Of a stretch of DNA of 21,610 nt, positions 1-7,925 are shown piece by piece. Below the pieces are notes generated by a model that ran no database searches, was not told the DNA's origin, and saw only the letters and a list, made by a program, of their open reading frames with translations. A program made the translations under genes and the position numbers. Origin of the DNA: Bacillota bacterium (GTDB taxonomy: Bacteria; Bacillota; Clostridia; Lachnospirales; CAG-274); NCBI GenBank assembly GCA_017543265.1, contig JAFYGI010000020.1, positions 1 to 21,610 on the forward strand. The letters run 5' to 3'. Each line of letters begins with the position of its first letter. The stretch's first letter is position 1.

Positions 1-1141
1 GGGCGGTGCCGTGGTCGCGGGACAATGGCTGGGCTCCGAGGACAGGGAGCGGGCATCCGAGTCCGCGCATCAGCTTATATGGTTTATAACCATTTTGTCG
101 GTTATTGTAATGGGACTGGTGTATTTTTACAGCAATGCCCTATTATTTAATGTATTTGGCAAAATAACGGACGAGGTGCGCGGCTATGCCCGTATTTATC
201 TTTTGATAGTGGCGGCATCCATCCCGTTTATTGCACTTTATAACGGCGGTTCCGCCGTGTTTCGCGCCATGGGCGATTCCAAAACGCCTATGTCCATTTC
301 CATAAAAATGAATATTATCAATGTTGTCGGAAACGCAATACTTATTTACGGCTTTCACTTCGGCGCGGAGGGCGTTGCCATCCCCACCCTTGTTTCAAGG
401 ATGTACGCTGCCTTTGCCGTTATATTTTTACTGCTTAACGACAAATTGACCTTACATATAAAAAAGACGTTGAAATATATCCCCAATTTTAACATAATAA
501 AAAAAATACTGTATATCGGCGTGCCCTACGGCATGGAAAACAGTATGTTTCAGTTGGGTAAAATATTGGTATTAAGTCTTGTATCCACCTTTGGTACCTT
601 TGCCATAGCCGCAAATGCAGTCTGCAACGTACTGGCAGGCTTTCAGATACTCCCCGGCATGGCCGCGGGTCTGGCGGTAACAACGGTAATTTCACGCTGT
701 ATAGGCGCAAACGACTACGAACAGGCACGGTATTACACCAAAAAGCTTCACGCCTTTGCATGGGCGGGGCTTTTGGTATCGGTGTTATTGATATGGCTTA
801 TTTTGTCGCCCGTGCTTAAAATATACAATCTCTCGCCCGAGGCGACCGATGCCTCCGTAAAAATAATGTATCTTCACGGCATCTGTGCGCTTGCCGTCTG
901 GCCTTTAAGTTTTACCCTGCCCTCCGTGTTCAGGGCTGCGGGCGATATAAAATTTGCAATGGTCGTAGCCATAGTTTCCATGTGGATATGCCGCGTTGTT
1001 ATGAGCTACGTTCTGGGCAAATATCTCGGCCTGGGCGTGTTTGGTATATGGGTCGCAATGATAATGGACTGGTGCGCAAGAAGTATCTGCTTTGCCGCAC
1101 GCTATAAAAGCGGCAAATGGAAAGGCAAGGCTGTGGTGTAA
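1..1141 (+). CDS. MATE family multidrug/oligosaccharidyl-lipid efflux transporter, 5'-truncated by the window edge (no in-frame stop before position 11; frame continues to position 2)
   Basis: ORF-track protein is polytopic and highly hydrophobic with paired MATE-like repeats (GVPYGMEN, internal duplicated 6-TM halves). Stop at 1139-1141. The first in-frame codon is GTG, so this is a C-terminal part of a longer gene. Confidence 0.8.
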   Translation, partial: GGAVVAGQWLGSEDRERASESAHQLIWFITILSVIVMGLVYFYSNALLFNVFGKITDEVRGYARIYLLIVAASIPFIALYNGGSAVFRAMGDSKTPMSISIKMNIINVVGNAILIYGFHFGAEGVAIPTLVSRMYAAFAVIFLLLNDKLTLHIKKTLKYIPNFNIIKKILYIGVPYGMENSMFQLGKILVLSLVSTFGTFAIAANAVCNVLAGFQILPGMAAGLAVTTVISRCIGANDYEQARYYTKKLHAFAWAGLLVSVLLIWLILSPVLKIYNLSPEATDASVKIMYLHGICALAVWPLSFTLPSVFRAAGDIKFAMVVAIVSMWICRVVMSYVLGKYLGLGVFGIWVAMIMDWCARSICFAARYKSGKWKGKAVV

Positions 1142-1237
1142 AACAAGCCCCATTATGAATTATTATAAATAATCATCATAAAGTGTTCTTATAACAATGT
1201 TTATTTTGTCCGAATACGGTGAATGGATGCGTGCATA

Positions 1238-1633
1238 TTATACATTTATTTTGTATATATATTCTATGCTCATACAGAGAACCGTCCCCTGTATGACCTC
1301 GATGTAGGCGTTATTTGTGTTTTCGCCCGTGCTGTAGTTCCAAACAAGAGCTATTGTGTTTGAGGTAGTTGTTTCCGTTGCCGTTTCTGTCACGGTCTCG
1401 GTCGTACCCTCTGTTGTTATTTCGATCAAGCTTTGAAAACCGGTTACTCCAACAATGTTGTCGCTTGCATCATAGCTGTAAGATGCCGATTTTGTTGTCT
1501 GCTCGTTTGAGTAGTCAACCTGTGTGAGTCTGCCTAAAGCATCGTATTCGTAATGAGCTGCAAAGGCAAGGTTTGCGTTTATTAAAACTCCCATAAGTGT
1601 AAGCAGTAAGAGTGTTATTTGTTTGTTTTGCAT
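1238..1633 (-). CDS. Secreted YD-repeat N-terminal fragment (Sec signal peptide plus two YD/RHS repeats) that ends in the 28-bp repeat copy A
   Basis: N-terminus MQNKQITLLLLTLMGVLINANLAFA is a classic signal peptide. YEYDALGRLTQVDY and YSYDASDNIVGV are YD repeats. Strong RBS AAAGGAGGACAAATA before the ATG (rc of 1634-1650). C-terminal codons VIQGTVLCMS are encoded by repeat A. Confidence 0.55.
   Translation of the reverse strand: MQNKQITLLLLTLMGVLINANLAFAAHYEYDALGRLTQVDYSNEQTTKSASYSYDASDNIVGVTGFQSLIEITTEGTTETVTETATETTTSNTIALVWNYSTGENTNNAYIEVIQGTVLCMSIEYIYKINV
1269..1296. repeat. 28-bp repeat copy A, CTCATACAGAGAACCGTCCCCTGTATGA: perfect inverted copy of 4578-4605, with palindromic 8-bp arms TCATACAG/CTGTATGA around an asymmetric 11-nt core
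   Basis: Direct string comparison; the reverse complement of 4578-4605 is identical over 28 nt. It lies in-frame at the 3' end of the 131-aa ORF. Confidence 0.9.
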
Positions 1634-1797
1634 TATTTGTCCTCCTTTCAGGTGAGGTAATTGTTATTTGGGAGAATTATGCAGACAAAATATCAGCATA
1701 ATTTGTATAAATATTGGCAACAGGACAGTTTCTATGTTTCCATGTGGTAGTATGAATTTTTTCATCTCATATACATCTCAACTCCCATATGACTTAT

Positions 1798-2628
1798 TCA
1801 GTTTTTGGTATTATCAATAATATAATCAATTAATTTATTTGGAATTGGAAGATGAAATAATTCATTTTTATAATCTACATTTTCAAACATAATTGGGGGC
1901 ATTTCAATCGTTTTAATATCGGCAATAACACCATACTTTATCGCACATTTAAGCAAAGCCACAGAGTAGTAATCAATTGTTACAGAAAAATCTGTGCCAC
2001 CTAATCTTCTCTTTTTCAACATTAACTCAATATTCTTTTTAAATTCTTTTTCATTACCACAAACCAAGCTATTAATTGCAGGTTTTAAAGAATAAATATA
2101 TTGATAATAATTTATTGAATCTAGTTCTATAAAACTTGGTGGTTGAAGCTTTTCTAACCCGTTTTTGACTTTATTAATATTACCGCAAAATAAATTCAAT
2201 AAAATCGAATCTTCATAAATGTGCATAAACTCGTTTACTGCATTAATCGAAATGATTTTACAAGCAAATTCCTCATAACTATGTTTAATTTGCCATTCAG
2301 GAATTAAATCCGATACAATTCCTTCACAATATAATTTATACATTTTTGTAAATGCTTTAATTGATAGATAAGTATTACATATCACTTCAATGCCTTTATT
2401 CTCTAATTGATACATATTTGTTGCAATATCAAACAATACATACGCCATTTTCCAATCACGCAACAAATCTTTATCTTGATTACTGTTTGAAAAAAAATTT
2501 CCCATAATAGATTCTATATTGTAATAATGATAATCATTGTTGTATTGCATTTTTTCGTATGATTTTATAAAATCATTATGTTTGTCTATTTTTTTCTGCC
2601 ATGTTTTTGTCTTATACTGTAAAGCCAT
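1798..2628 (-). CDS. Putative RHS-toxin immunity protein (hypothetical, 276 aa)
   Basis: Starts 21 bp downstream of the RHS ORF stop with RBS TGAGG (rc of 2633-2637). Extremely AT-rich coding sequence compared with flanking genes. No recognisable catalytic motif. Position and composition are typical of a cognate immunity gene. Confidence 0.45.
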   Translation of the reverse strand: MALQYKTKTWQKKIDKHNDFIKSYEKMQYNNDYHYYNIESIMGNFFSNSNQDKDLLRDWKMAYVLFDIATNMYQLENKGIEVICNTYLSIKAFTKMYKLYCEGIVSDLIPEWQIKHSYEEFACKIISINAVNEFMHIYEDSILLNLFCGNINKVKNGLEKLQPPSFIELDSINYYQYIYSLKPAINSLVCGNEKEFKKNIELMLKKRRLGGTDFSVTIDYYSVALLKCAIKYGVIADIKTIEMPPIMFENVDYKNELFHLPIPNKLIDYIIDNTKN

Positions 2629-2649
2629 ATAAAAACCTCATATATATTA

Positions 2650-4581
2650 TTAACCAGTGATATTTTTTATACCAAAACCAAGTTGGAGTTGTGTACATGA
2701 TGAACAAGAACGAAATGTAGTAGCCTGTCTAGCGCCTTTAACACTTAAACCATTAGTCATTAACGCTTGAATTCCTCTTGCTTCTGCATGTTTTAGCTCG
2801 GTTGCATTTATAATGCTTCCTTTCCAATTTGTCCAAATGTTATTTTGATATTGAACCCCTTTGCCAGATGGTATAATTACATCATTCCCAAAAATTTCCT
2901 TAGCCTTTTCTATGGATTTTTTCCCCAGAACACAGTTATTCTTGGTGACTATTACACTTCCGTTAGATTCAGTTACACAAATAGGATTCACTTTCCCCCA
3001 CCATTTATTACCATATTCAGCATAATGAATTTCATGAGCAGCATTTGCCAAAAAATCATCGGAATATTTGCCGAATTGAATGTATCCATGTTGGTCTTTC
3101 AACGCAGCAGCTATTTTGCTTTTTAATTGATTAAATTTGGGTGAAAGGATATTGGATAACTCTTGTAAATGTGGTGTGACAAATTTCTTTAATGCACCAC
3201 CAACTTTATATCCAGCATATAGTTCAAGAACAGTTTTTGAAGCATCAAGCGCCACACCCTCAGTATTATAGCCAAGCATATATGCTTCTTCATCTGATAT
3301 TGTAGTCCAAGGCAGGTATTGGTAAATACCTTTTCCTATACTTTTAGCAGTTTGCTTACCGCTGTCCCACGCTCCGCTTGCGATACTTTTAAGAGTTATA
3401 TCTCCGTTACGAATTCCTGTAATGGTATCAGTAATTCCATTGTATGCACTATTGAAAGCGTTACTAATCTGACCTTTAGGATCCATAATGAAATCCCCAA
3501 TTCCTTTTGTTACGGAATTATTGAAGTCTTCCATTCGGGCATATATACCTCTACCGAAGTCATCATATTGCGTAGACCAGTTTATCATACCTGTAGGGTC
3601 TATACTCATTATAGGATCGCATTCTACATAAGAATACCAGTTTAAGCCATCACTAACAGGGTCAACATTGATAAATCTCTGTGTCTGCGGGTTATAATAC
3701 CTTGCACGCATATAATAAAGCCCGTTTGCATCAGTTTCGACACCGTACTTACCCACATAAAGGAAAGGTGTTTCATCCGCCCCTGTTCTCTTTACCATAT
3801 TACCGTAAGCATCATAGAACATGGTATCAACCACAGCGCCGCCGAGAGTTGTCATTGCTGTTGTGCTGCCGCGATAGTCGTAATGATACAAGCGATAAGT
3901 TGTGCCTGTTTCTTCACTTATTAAGCCAAGACCATAAACATAATAAGTCGTTTCGCCGTCTGTTGTAGCCATAAGCACTCTGCTTAATTCCGCGTTAGGG
4001 TCAACAACAAAGTTTGTGGTAGTTCCGTTCTCTGTCTTTGATGTTCTGTAACCCTCTGCATCATAAGTATATGAGCAACTTATCGCCGAGCCACTTATAG
4101 TTACGTCTGTAAGCTGATTAAGGCTGTCAAAGGTAAGGTTGCCAAACTCATTGCCGAGCGGAGTTTTAAGCATATTGCCGTCAGCATCGTAAGGTATAGA
4201 TGTACCGTTGAAGTTTGTCAGGCGGTTAGCCGCACTGTACGACATTGCCGCATCATCAACACTTATTTCATTAACATCAGGCTCATTTGCGGAGATCTCA
4301 TCCGTAATGTTACCGTCTGCATCATAAGTATAAGAATACTCATTGATAATTGTGTTGCCGTTTTGGTCTATGGTGTGAGTAAGCTGTCCTTCGGCATTAT
4401 AGGTGTTTGTTTCCACACTTCCGTCGGGGCGTGTAGTCGTTTTCAATCTGCCGTTATTATCATAGGTATAGATAGTTACTCTGTTTGCCCAATCCTGTAC
4501 AGCGGCAAGCTGATTATTTGCGTTATAGCTGTACCTTACTATCTTATTATCGGGATAGGTAAGCTGTGTAAGGTAACTCAT
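2650..4581 (-). CDS. RHS/YD-repeat polymorphic toxin, N-terminally truncated 'orphan-like' module: about 330 aa of YD repeats, an RHS core end (RARYYNPQTQRFINVDPV...DPTGM), and an about 310-aa unassigned C-terminal toxin domain
   Basis: Multiple YxYDxxGxL repeats (YSYNANNQL, YTYDNNGRL, YTYDADGNI, YTYDAEGYR). Hyperconserved RHS core terminus RxRYYxPxxxRFxxxDP...DPxG at aa 292-332. No signal peptide. The ATG sits inside 28-bp repeat copy B, with an in-frame stop 12 codons upstream. Confidence 0.8.
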   Translation of the reverse strand: MSYLTQLTYPDNKIVRYSYNANNQLAAVQDWANRVTIYTYDNNGRLKTTTRPDGSVETNTYNAEGQLTHTIDQNGNTIINEYSYTYDADGNITDEISANEPDVNEISVDDAAMSYSAANRLTNFNGTSIPYDADGNMLKTPLGNEFGNLTFDSLNQLTDVTISGSAISCSYTYDAEGYRTSKTENGTTTNFVVDPNAELSRVLMATTDGETTYYVYGLGLISEETGTTYRLYHYDYRGSTTAMTTLGGAVVDTMFYDAYGNMVKRTGADETPFLYVGKYGVETDANGLYYMRARYYNPQTQRFINVDPVSDGLNWYSYVECDPIMSIDPTGMINWSTQYDDFGRGIYARMEDFNNSVTKGIGDFIMDPKGQISNAFNSAYNGITDTITGIRNGDITLKSIASGAWDSGKQTAKSIGKGIYQYLPWTTISDEEAYMLGYNTEGVALDASKTVLELYAGYKVGGALKKFVTPHLQELSNILSPKFNQLKSKIAAALKDQHGYIQFGKYSDDFLANAAHEIHYAEYGNKWWGKVNPICVTESNGSVIVTKNNCVLGKKSIEKAKEIFGNDVIIPSGKGVQYQNNIWTNWKGSIINATELKHAEARGIQALMTNGLSVKGARQATTFRSCSSCTQLQLGFGIKNITG

Positions 4582-4605
4582 ACAGGGGACGGTTCTCTGT
4601 ATGAG
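4578..4605. repeat. 28-bp repeat copy B, TCATACAGGGGACGGTTCTCTGTATGAG: inverted partner of copy A
   Basis: Reverse complement is identical to 1269-1296. It encodes LIQRTVPCMS in the RHS ORF frame, where copy A encodes VIQGTVLCMS in the 131-aa ORF. Confidence 0.9.
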
Positions 4606-4614
4606 TTCAGTAAT

Positions 4615-4776
4615 TTATAATGTTAGTTTACCATTTTCCATTTTTTCAAGAAAATATTTGTAACTATCTTTTGCTTCTTGTGGAGCATCAGGCAAAATAA
4701 TTACTTTCCCATTCTCATCAATATCCCACCAATTAGGGTCTTTGTACCAACATTCCAAATACCAATCACCGGTCAT
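4615..4776 (-). CDS. Small 53-aa ORF (MTGDWYLECWYKDPNWWDIDENGKVIILPDAPQEAKDSYKYFLEKMENGKLTL); possible orphan immunity-like protein. It is not in the supplied ORF track because it is under 60 aa.
   Basis: Hand translation of the rc of 4615-4776: ATG to TAA, in frame, AT-rich, GGGGG 10-14 nt upstream of the ATG. It ends 1 nt before repeat copy B. Trp/acidic-rich small proteins are common in toxin-immunity loci. Confidence 0.25.
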   Translation of the reverse strand: MTGDWYLECWYKDPNWWDIDENGKVIILPDAPQEAKDSYKYFLEKMENGKLTL

Positions 4777-4823
4777 AAGTAACTGCCCCCATCGCCATAC
4801 ACTAACCGCCCCCCCGTGTGAGC

Positions 4824-5519
4824 CTATTTTTCCGCCTTACACTGTCTATTCCTGTCATCGACAAGCATATCGGTATATTTTATTTTTTCCGCAAGTTCCT
4901 CCGTTTTGCCGGACAAAACAAGTTCCTTTATTTCATCTATACTCTGTGATATTTTTTCTTCAATATCGGCAAGGGCGGGGGATGAAACGGGGTCGCTGTA
5001 TTTAAGCTTTTCGGAAAGTTTTTCAAGCAGTTTTTTAGCCTCGGCATCCTCGCATTTATCCGCAAGCGATGAAATATCCAACTTAAAGGTCTTTGTCTGC
5101 TGTATTTTTCCTTTTATATTGCTGTCAACGCTTTCTATTATATCCCTTGCATTATCCATGCCCACCGTGCCTATAAGGGCTGCGGCAAGCAATATCATGC
5201 TTATAACGGCTGCCACCCAAGCGGGCGTATGTGTTGACAAATTGACAATAAAAAATATCAGCGACAGCACTATCTGCGCACCCATGTAATAAAAGCCGAT
5301 ACGCATAAGCGGTATGCCGTAGACCTTTGACCTTGTGCCTTCACCGAGAAGTCCCCTGTATGTCATGGCACAGCCAAGGCCTATTGAGATAATGCCAAAA
5401 ACAAACATCGTCACGCAGGCCGCGTTTCTTACAAACGGCACCACAAAAAACACCAGTACAAACACCGCAAGTATTATGCCGAATACCGCGATCACGGAAT
5501 TTTTCTTTTTATTATCCAT
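4824..5519 (-). CDS. Membrane protein with 4 TM helices and a C-terminal coiled-coil (YdjH-like third gene of the SPFH operon). The likely ATG is at 5519; the track starts at GTG 5525.
   Basis: Hydrophobic helices at aa 10-120 followed by a charged, K/E-rich helical tail. ATG 2 nt after the upstream TGA, with SD-like AAGGGGTGA. Confidence 0.55.
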   Translation of the reverse strand: MDNKKKNSVIAVFGIILAVFVLVFFVVPFVRNAACVTMFVFGIISIGLGCAMTYRGLLGEGTRSKVYGIPLMRIGFYYMGAQIVLSLIFFIVNLSTHTPAWVAAVISMILLAAALIGTVGMDNARDIIESVDSNIKGKIQQTKTFKLDISSLADKCEDAEAKKLLEKLSEKLKYSDPVSSPALADIEEKISQSIDEIKELVLSGKTEELAEKIKYTDMLVDDRNRQCKAEK

Positions 5520-5521
5520 TA

Positions 5522-6928
5522 TCACTCACCCCTTTTTTTGCCGCAGTTGGGACAAAAGCTGCTTGTTATGCCCTTTGTGCCGCACTCACAGTCCCACGAG
5601 CCGCTCTGCGGACGTTTTTTACCGCAGTTGGGGCAAAATGCACTTAAAATATCCTTTGTGCCGCACTCACAGTCCCAGCCCTTTTCGGGTACGGGCTTTT
5701 TTGCGCCGCAGTCGGGACAGAAATTTGTTGTTATGCCTGTTTTGCCGCAATCGGGGCATTTCCAGCCGTCGGGCACCTCACCCTGCACTACTGCGCCGAA
5801 GCCTGCGCCCACCTGTGCGGAGTTGTCCATTATTGGGTTAAGCGCATCCTTTGTCATATTTATCACGCCGCCCATTGCACCAAGAGTAACGCCAAGCCCC
5901 GCAATATCGCCAAGGCCGCCGCCCGTGCCGCCGCTGCCGCCAGTTATGCCGTTTTGCATGGCCTCCATGCCGACCTTGCGCGCAGTTTCCTGCTGATAGG
6001 TGTAACCTTTGGCTTTCATTTCCTCGGCTTCCGCAAATGCCTGCATTTTGTAAGCCTCGGCCTCGGCAGCCGCTTTTATCTTCGTCGCCTCTGCCTCGCC
6101 CTGTGCGCCTACCATTTTAAGCTGTGCGGCGGTCTGTGCCTCTACTATCTTTCTGCCCTGCGCAGCCTCGGCCTCGGCACGCCTTATCTCCTCCTCGCGC
6201 ACCTTCAGGGTCTTATCGGCAAACTGCTGTTTAAGACGTTTGAAGTTCGGGTCGTCGTCGGGTGTCATTACGCTTGTAACGTAAAATTCGGGCATTACAA
6301 GGCCGTATTCATCCAGCGTTTCATTTATTATTGTACGAAGCTTTTCCGACAATACGTCAAGATAGGCATCAATTTCAAGTATATTTATATTTTCTTCCTT
6401 GATGACCCGCGCAAGACAGGACTTGACCTTGTTCATTACCAGCGCCTTGAACTTGCCCGTACCGTAGGCCGTACCCTCGCCGAGCATTTCGTTTTGCAGC
6501 AGGCCGTCTGTCGTACCGACAATTTTTAATATCAGCTTGCGCGAGTCATTGACACGCAGGTTAAAGTTTCCGCTTGCGCCTATTTCTATATGCAGTCCCG
6601 ATGCGGGGTCAAACAGGCGCACCTTGCTGTCCGTGCCCCATTTAATGCCCATCTGCGTGGTCATATTGATAAAATACACCTCGGAGTGGAAAACATTTTC
6701 TCCACCCGTACCCAGCTTGACTACCTCGCGCAAAAGCGGGATGTTCTGGGTCTCCAGGGTATATCTGCCCGCGCCGAACAGGTCAAGCGCACGGCCGTCA
6801 CAGAAGAAAAGCGCCTCCTGCGACTCATGCACGATAAGCTGTGTGCCTAAATTAAAATCCTCCTTGGGGTGCCTGTAAACAAAAACATTGTTGTCACCCT
6901 CGTACTTTAATACGCTTATAAGTTCCAT
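5522..6928 (-). CDS. SPFH/band-7-like (YdjI-type) protein with a Gly-rich linker and three tandem C-terminal zinc ribbons. The likely start is ATG at 6928; the track's 6949 is a TTG.
   Basis: N-terminal region VLKYEGDNNVFVYRHP...LIVHESQEALFFCDGRALDLFGAGRYTLETQNIPLL matches the conserved start of the SPFH-domain band-7 family (PF13421-like). The AEAEA-rich helical region is typical of flotillin-like proteins. The C-terminus carries 3x CPxCG...FCPxCG. Confidence 0.7.
   Translation of the reverse strand: MELISVLKYEGDNNVFVYRHPKEDFNLGTQLIVHESQEALFFCDGRALDLFGAGRYTLETQNIPLLREVVKLGTGGENVFHSEVYFINMTTQMGIKWGTDSKVRLFDPASGLHIEIGASGNFNLRVNDSRKLILKIVGTTDGLLQNEMLGEGTAYGTGKFKALVMNKVKSCLARVIKEENINILEIDAYLDVLSEKLRTIINETLDEYGLVMPEFYVTSVMTPDDDPNFKRLKQQFADKTLKVREEEIRRAEAEAAQGRKIVEAQTAAQLKMVGAQGEAEATKIKAAAEAEAYKMQAFAEAEEMKAKGYTYQQETARKVGMEAMQNGITGGSGGTGGGLGDIAGLGVTLGAMGGVINMTKDALNPIMDNSAQVGAGFGAVVQGEVPDGWKCPDCGKTGITTNFCPDCGAKKPVPEKGWDCECGTKDILSAFCPNCGKKRPQSGSWDCECGTKGITSSFCPNCGKKRGE
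5525..5767. repeat. Three tandem units of about 81 bp (about 75-80% identical) that encode the triplicated zinc-ribbon tail of the SPFH-like protein
   Basis: Visible periodicity on the + strand: ccgcagttgggacaaaagctg... / ccgcagttggggcaaaatgcac... / cgccgcagtcgggacagaaatttg.... Protein units GW(K/D)C(P/E)(D/C)G.K.I...FCP(D/N)CG.KK. Confidence 0.7.
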
Positions 6929-6932
6929 TACA

Positions 6933-7715
6933 TCACTGCCTTTCCGCAAAAAACGCTATAATTATTACCAAAACCACGGGTATCCCCACCGCAAGCCCCG
7001 CGGCGAGCCCCGTACTAAGCTTAAACACATACGCCAGCACCACAAACAGCAAAAGCGGCACCAGCAGGACAAAGGAAAGTATCTCTATTATCATTGACCA
7101 TACGCCGTTTCGCCAGACCGCATACCCAAGCAAAGCCGAGGCTGCGATAAAAATAAGCACGCACAGCGCGATAGACACATCCGCTCTTTCCTTTAAGACA
7201 AAAAATACTATTGCGGGGATTATCATGCCCACCGTCACCGCGTAGGGTATGCGGCGCTTGCCTGCCGCAGCAAGCTCGACACGGCATTTTTGCGCCATTT
7301 TGTCCGCATCCTTCACGCCGCCCAGCTTTTCAAACTCCGCCAAGGCCTTTGCATAGGCCTTTTTTTCATAATGTGCAACAGCCGCGGCATAGGCCTTTAT
7401 CTGCCCAGCCCTGCTTTGTCCGTCCTTGCAAAGACGCATAAGATCCTCGGCCGTTTCGGATGAACGGTGTACGCATTCCGCCGCCGCACTTTTGTACAGT
7501 ATCGCGGCCTCCTCGGCCTGTTTTACGCCGGGTGCATCCTGTGCAAGAAGCTCATTTGCCTTGTTAAGTTTTTCGATTATATGTATATATTCCTTGTAGT
7601 CGGCATCCAGATCCTCCAAAGACCAGCGGTTGCCGCAGTTTTCACATACACAGACCCCCGTCAGATAGTCGTTTGCAAGGTCGCCGCCGCATATCATACA
7701 TTTAAAAGCAGCCAT
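6933..7715 (-). CDS. Zinc-ribbon (CxxC...CxxC) plus TPR-like plus C-terminal multi-TM protein; YdjG-like first gene of the SPFH operon
   Basis: N-terminus MAAFKCMICGG...CVCENCG gives two CxxC pairs. Ala/Lys-rich helical middle. Hydrophobic C-terminal third. RBS GGAGGGTG before the ATG. Only a 4-nt gap to the next gene. Confidence 0.6.
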   Translation of the reverse strand: MAAFKCMICGGDLANDYLTGVCVCENCGNRWSLEDLDADYKEYIHIIEKLNKANELLAQDAPGVKQAEEAAILYKSAAAECVHRSSETAEDLMRLCKDGQSRAGQIKAYAAAVAHYEKKAYAKALAEFEKLGGVKDADKMAQKCRVELAAAGKRRIPYAVTVGMIIPAIVFFVLKERADVSIALCVLIFIAASALLGYAVWRNGVWSMIIEILSFVLLVPLLLFVVLAYVFKLSTGLAAGLAVGIPVVLVIIIAFFAERQ

Positions 7716-7763
7716 TTTGCACCCTCCGAATTAAAATATTACTCTCCATATACTATTGTTTTA

Positions 7764-7792
7764 ATTTTACAATAAAATCCAAAAATAGTCAA
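7764..7792 (-). promoter_or_regulatory. Candidate sigmaA promoter for the zinc-ribbon/SPFH operon: TTGACT-17-TAAAAT on the minus strand
   Basis: rc of 7787-7792 is TTGACT, and rc of 7764-7769 is TAAAAT, with a 17-nt spacer. About 50 nt upstream of the ATG at 7715. Confidence 0.4.
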
Positions 7793-7866
7793 TATTTTTG
7801 TTCAAATTTAACCATAACCCGTACAGGCCGATATATTATCCGGGCTTGGCGTGGGTATTATTCGCC

Positions 7867-7895
7867 TTGACAAGTTCCGACACAGCTTATATAAT
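7867..7895 (+). promoter_or_regulatory. Consensus sigmaA promoter TTGACA-17-TATAAT
   Basis: TTGACA at 7867-7872, TATAAT at 7890-7895, exact 17-nt spacer. About 30 nt upstream of RBS AAGGAGAA (7913-7920) and the ATG at 7926. Confidence 0.6.
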
Positions 7896-7925
7896 ATTTT
7901 TGACAACTTTTTAAGGAGAAATAAA

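Noticed and set aside
1297-4577. Simple shufflon model: inversion of the segment between copies A and B fuses the signal-peptide fragment to the RHS body
   Set aside because: Both ORFs lie inside the segment and on the same strand. A single inversion moves them together and never places the leader fragment upstream of the body. Rejoining requires a different topology (circular cassette or tandem unit) or additional sites. The inversion-site interpretation is kept, but not this specific mechanism.
5335-6529. Long plus-strand ORFs (168, 152 and 191 aa), and similar antisense ORFs opposite ftsH (15706-16845), hydA (11437-12084) and the RHS gene (2845-4620)
   Set aside because: These are shadow ORFs on the antisense strand of GC-rich or repetitive coding sequence. 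They have no RBS or promoter and give low-complexity P/S/R-rich translations.
7851-7925. The track's upstream ATG at 7851 as the start of the 345-aa ORF
   Set aside because: A consensus TTGACA-17-TATAAT promoter (7867-7895) and RBS (7913-7920) lie inside that extension. The ATG at 7926 is the supported start.
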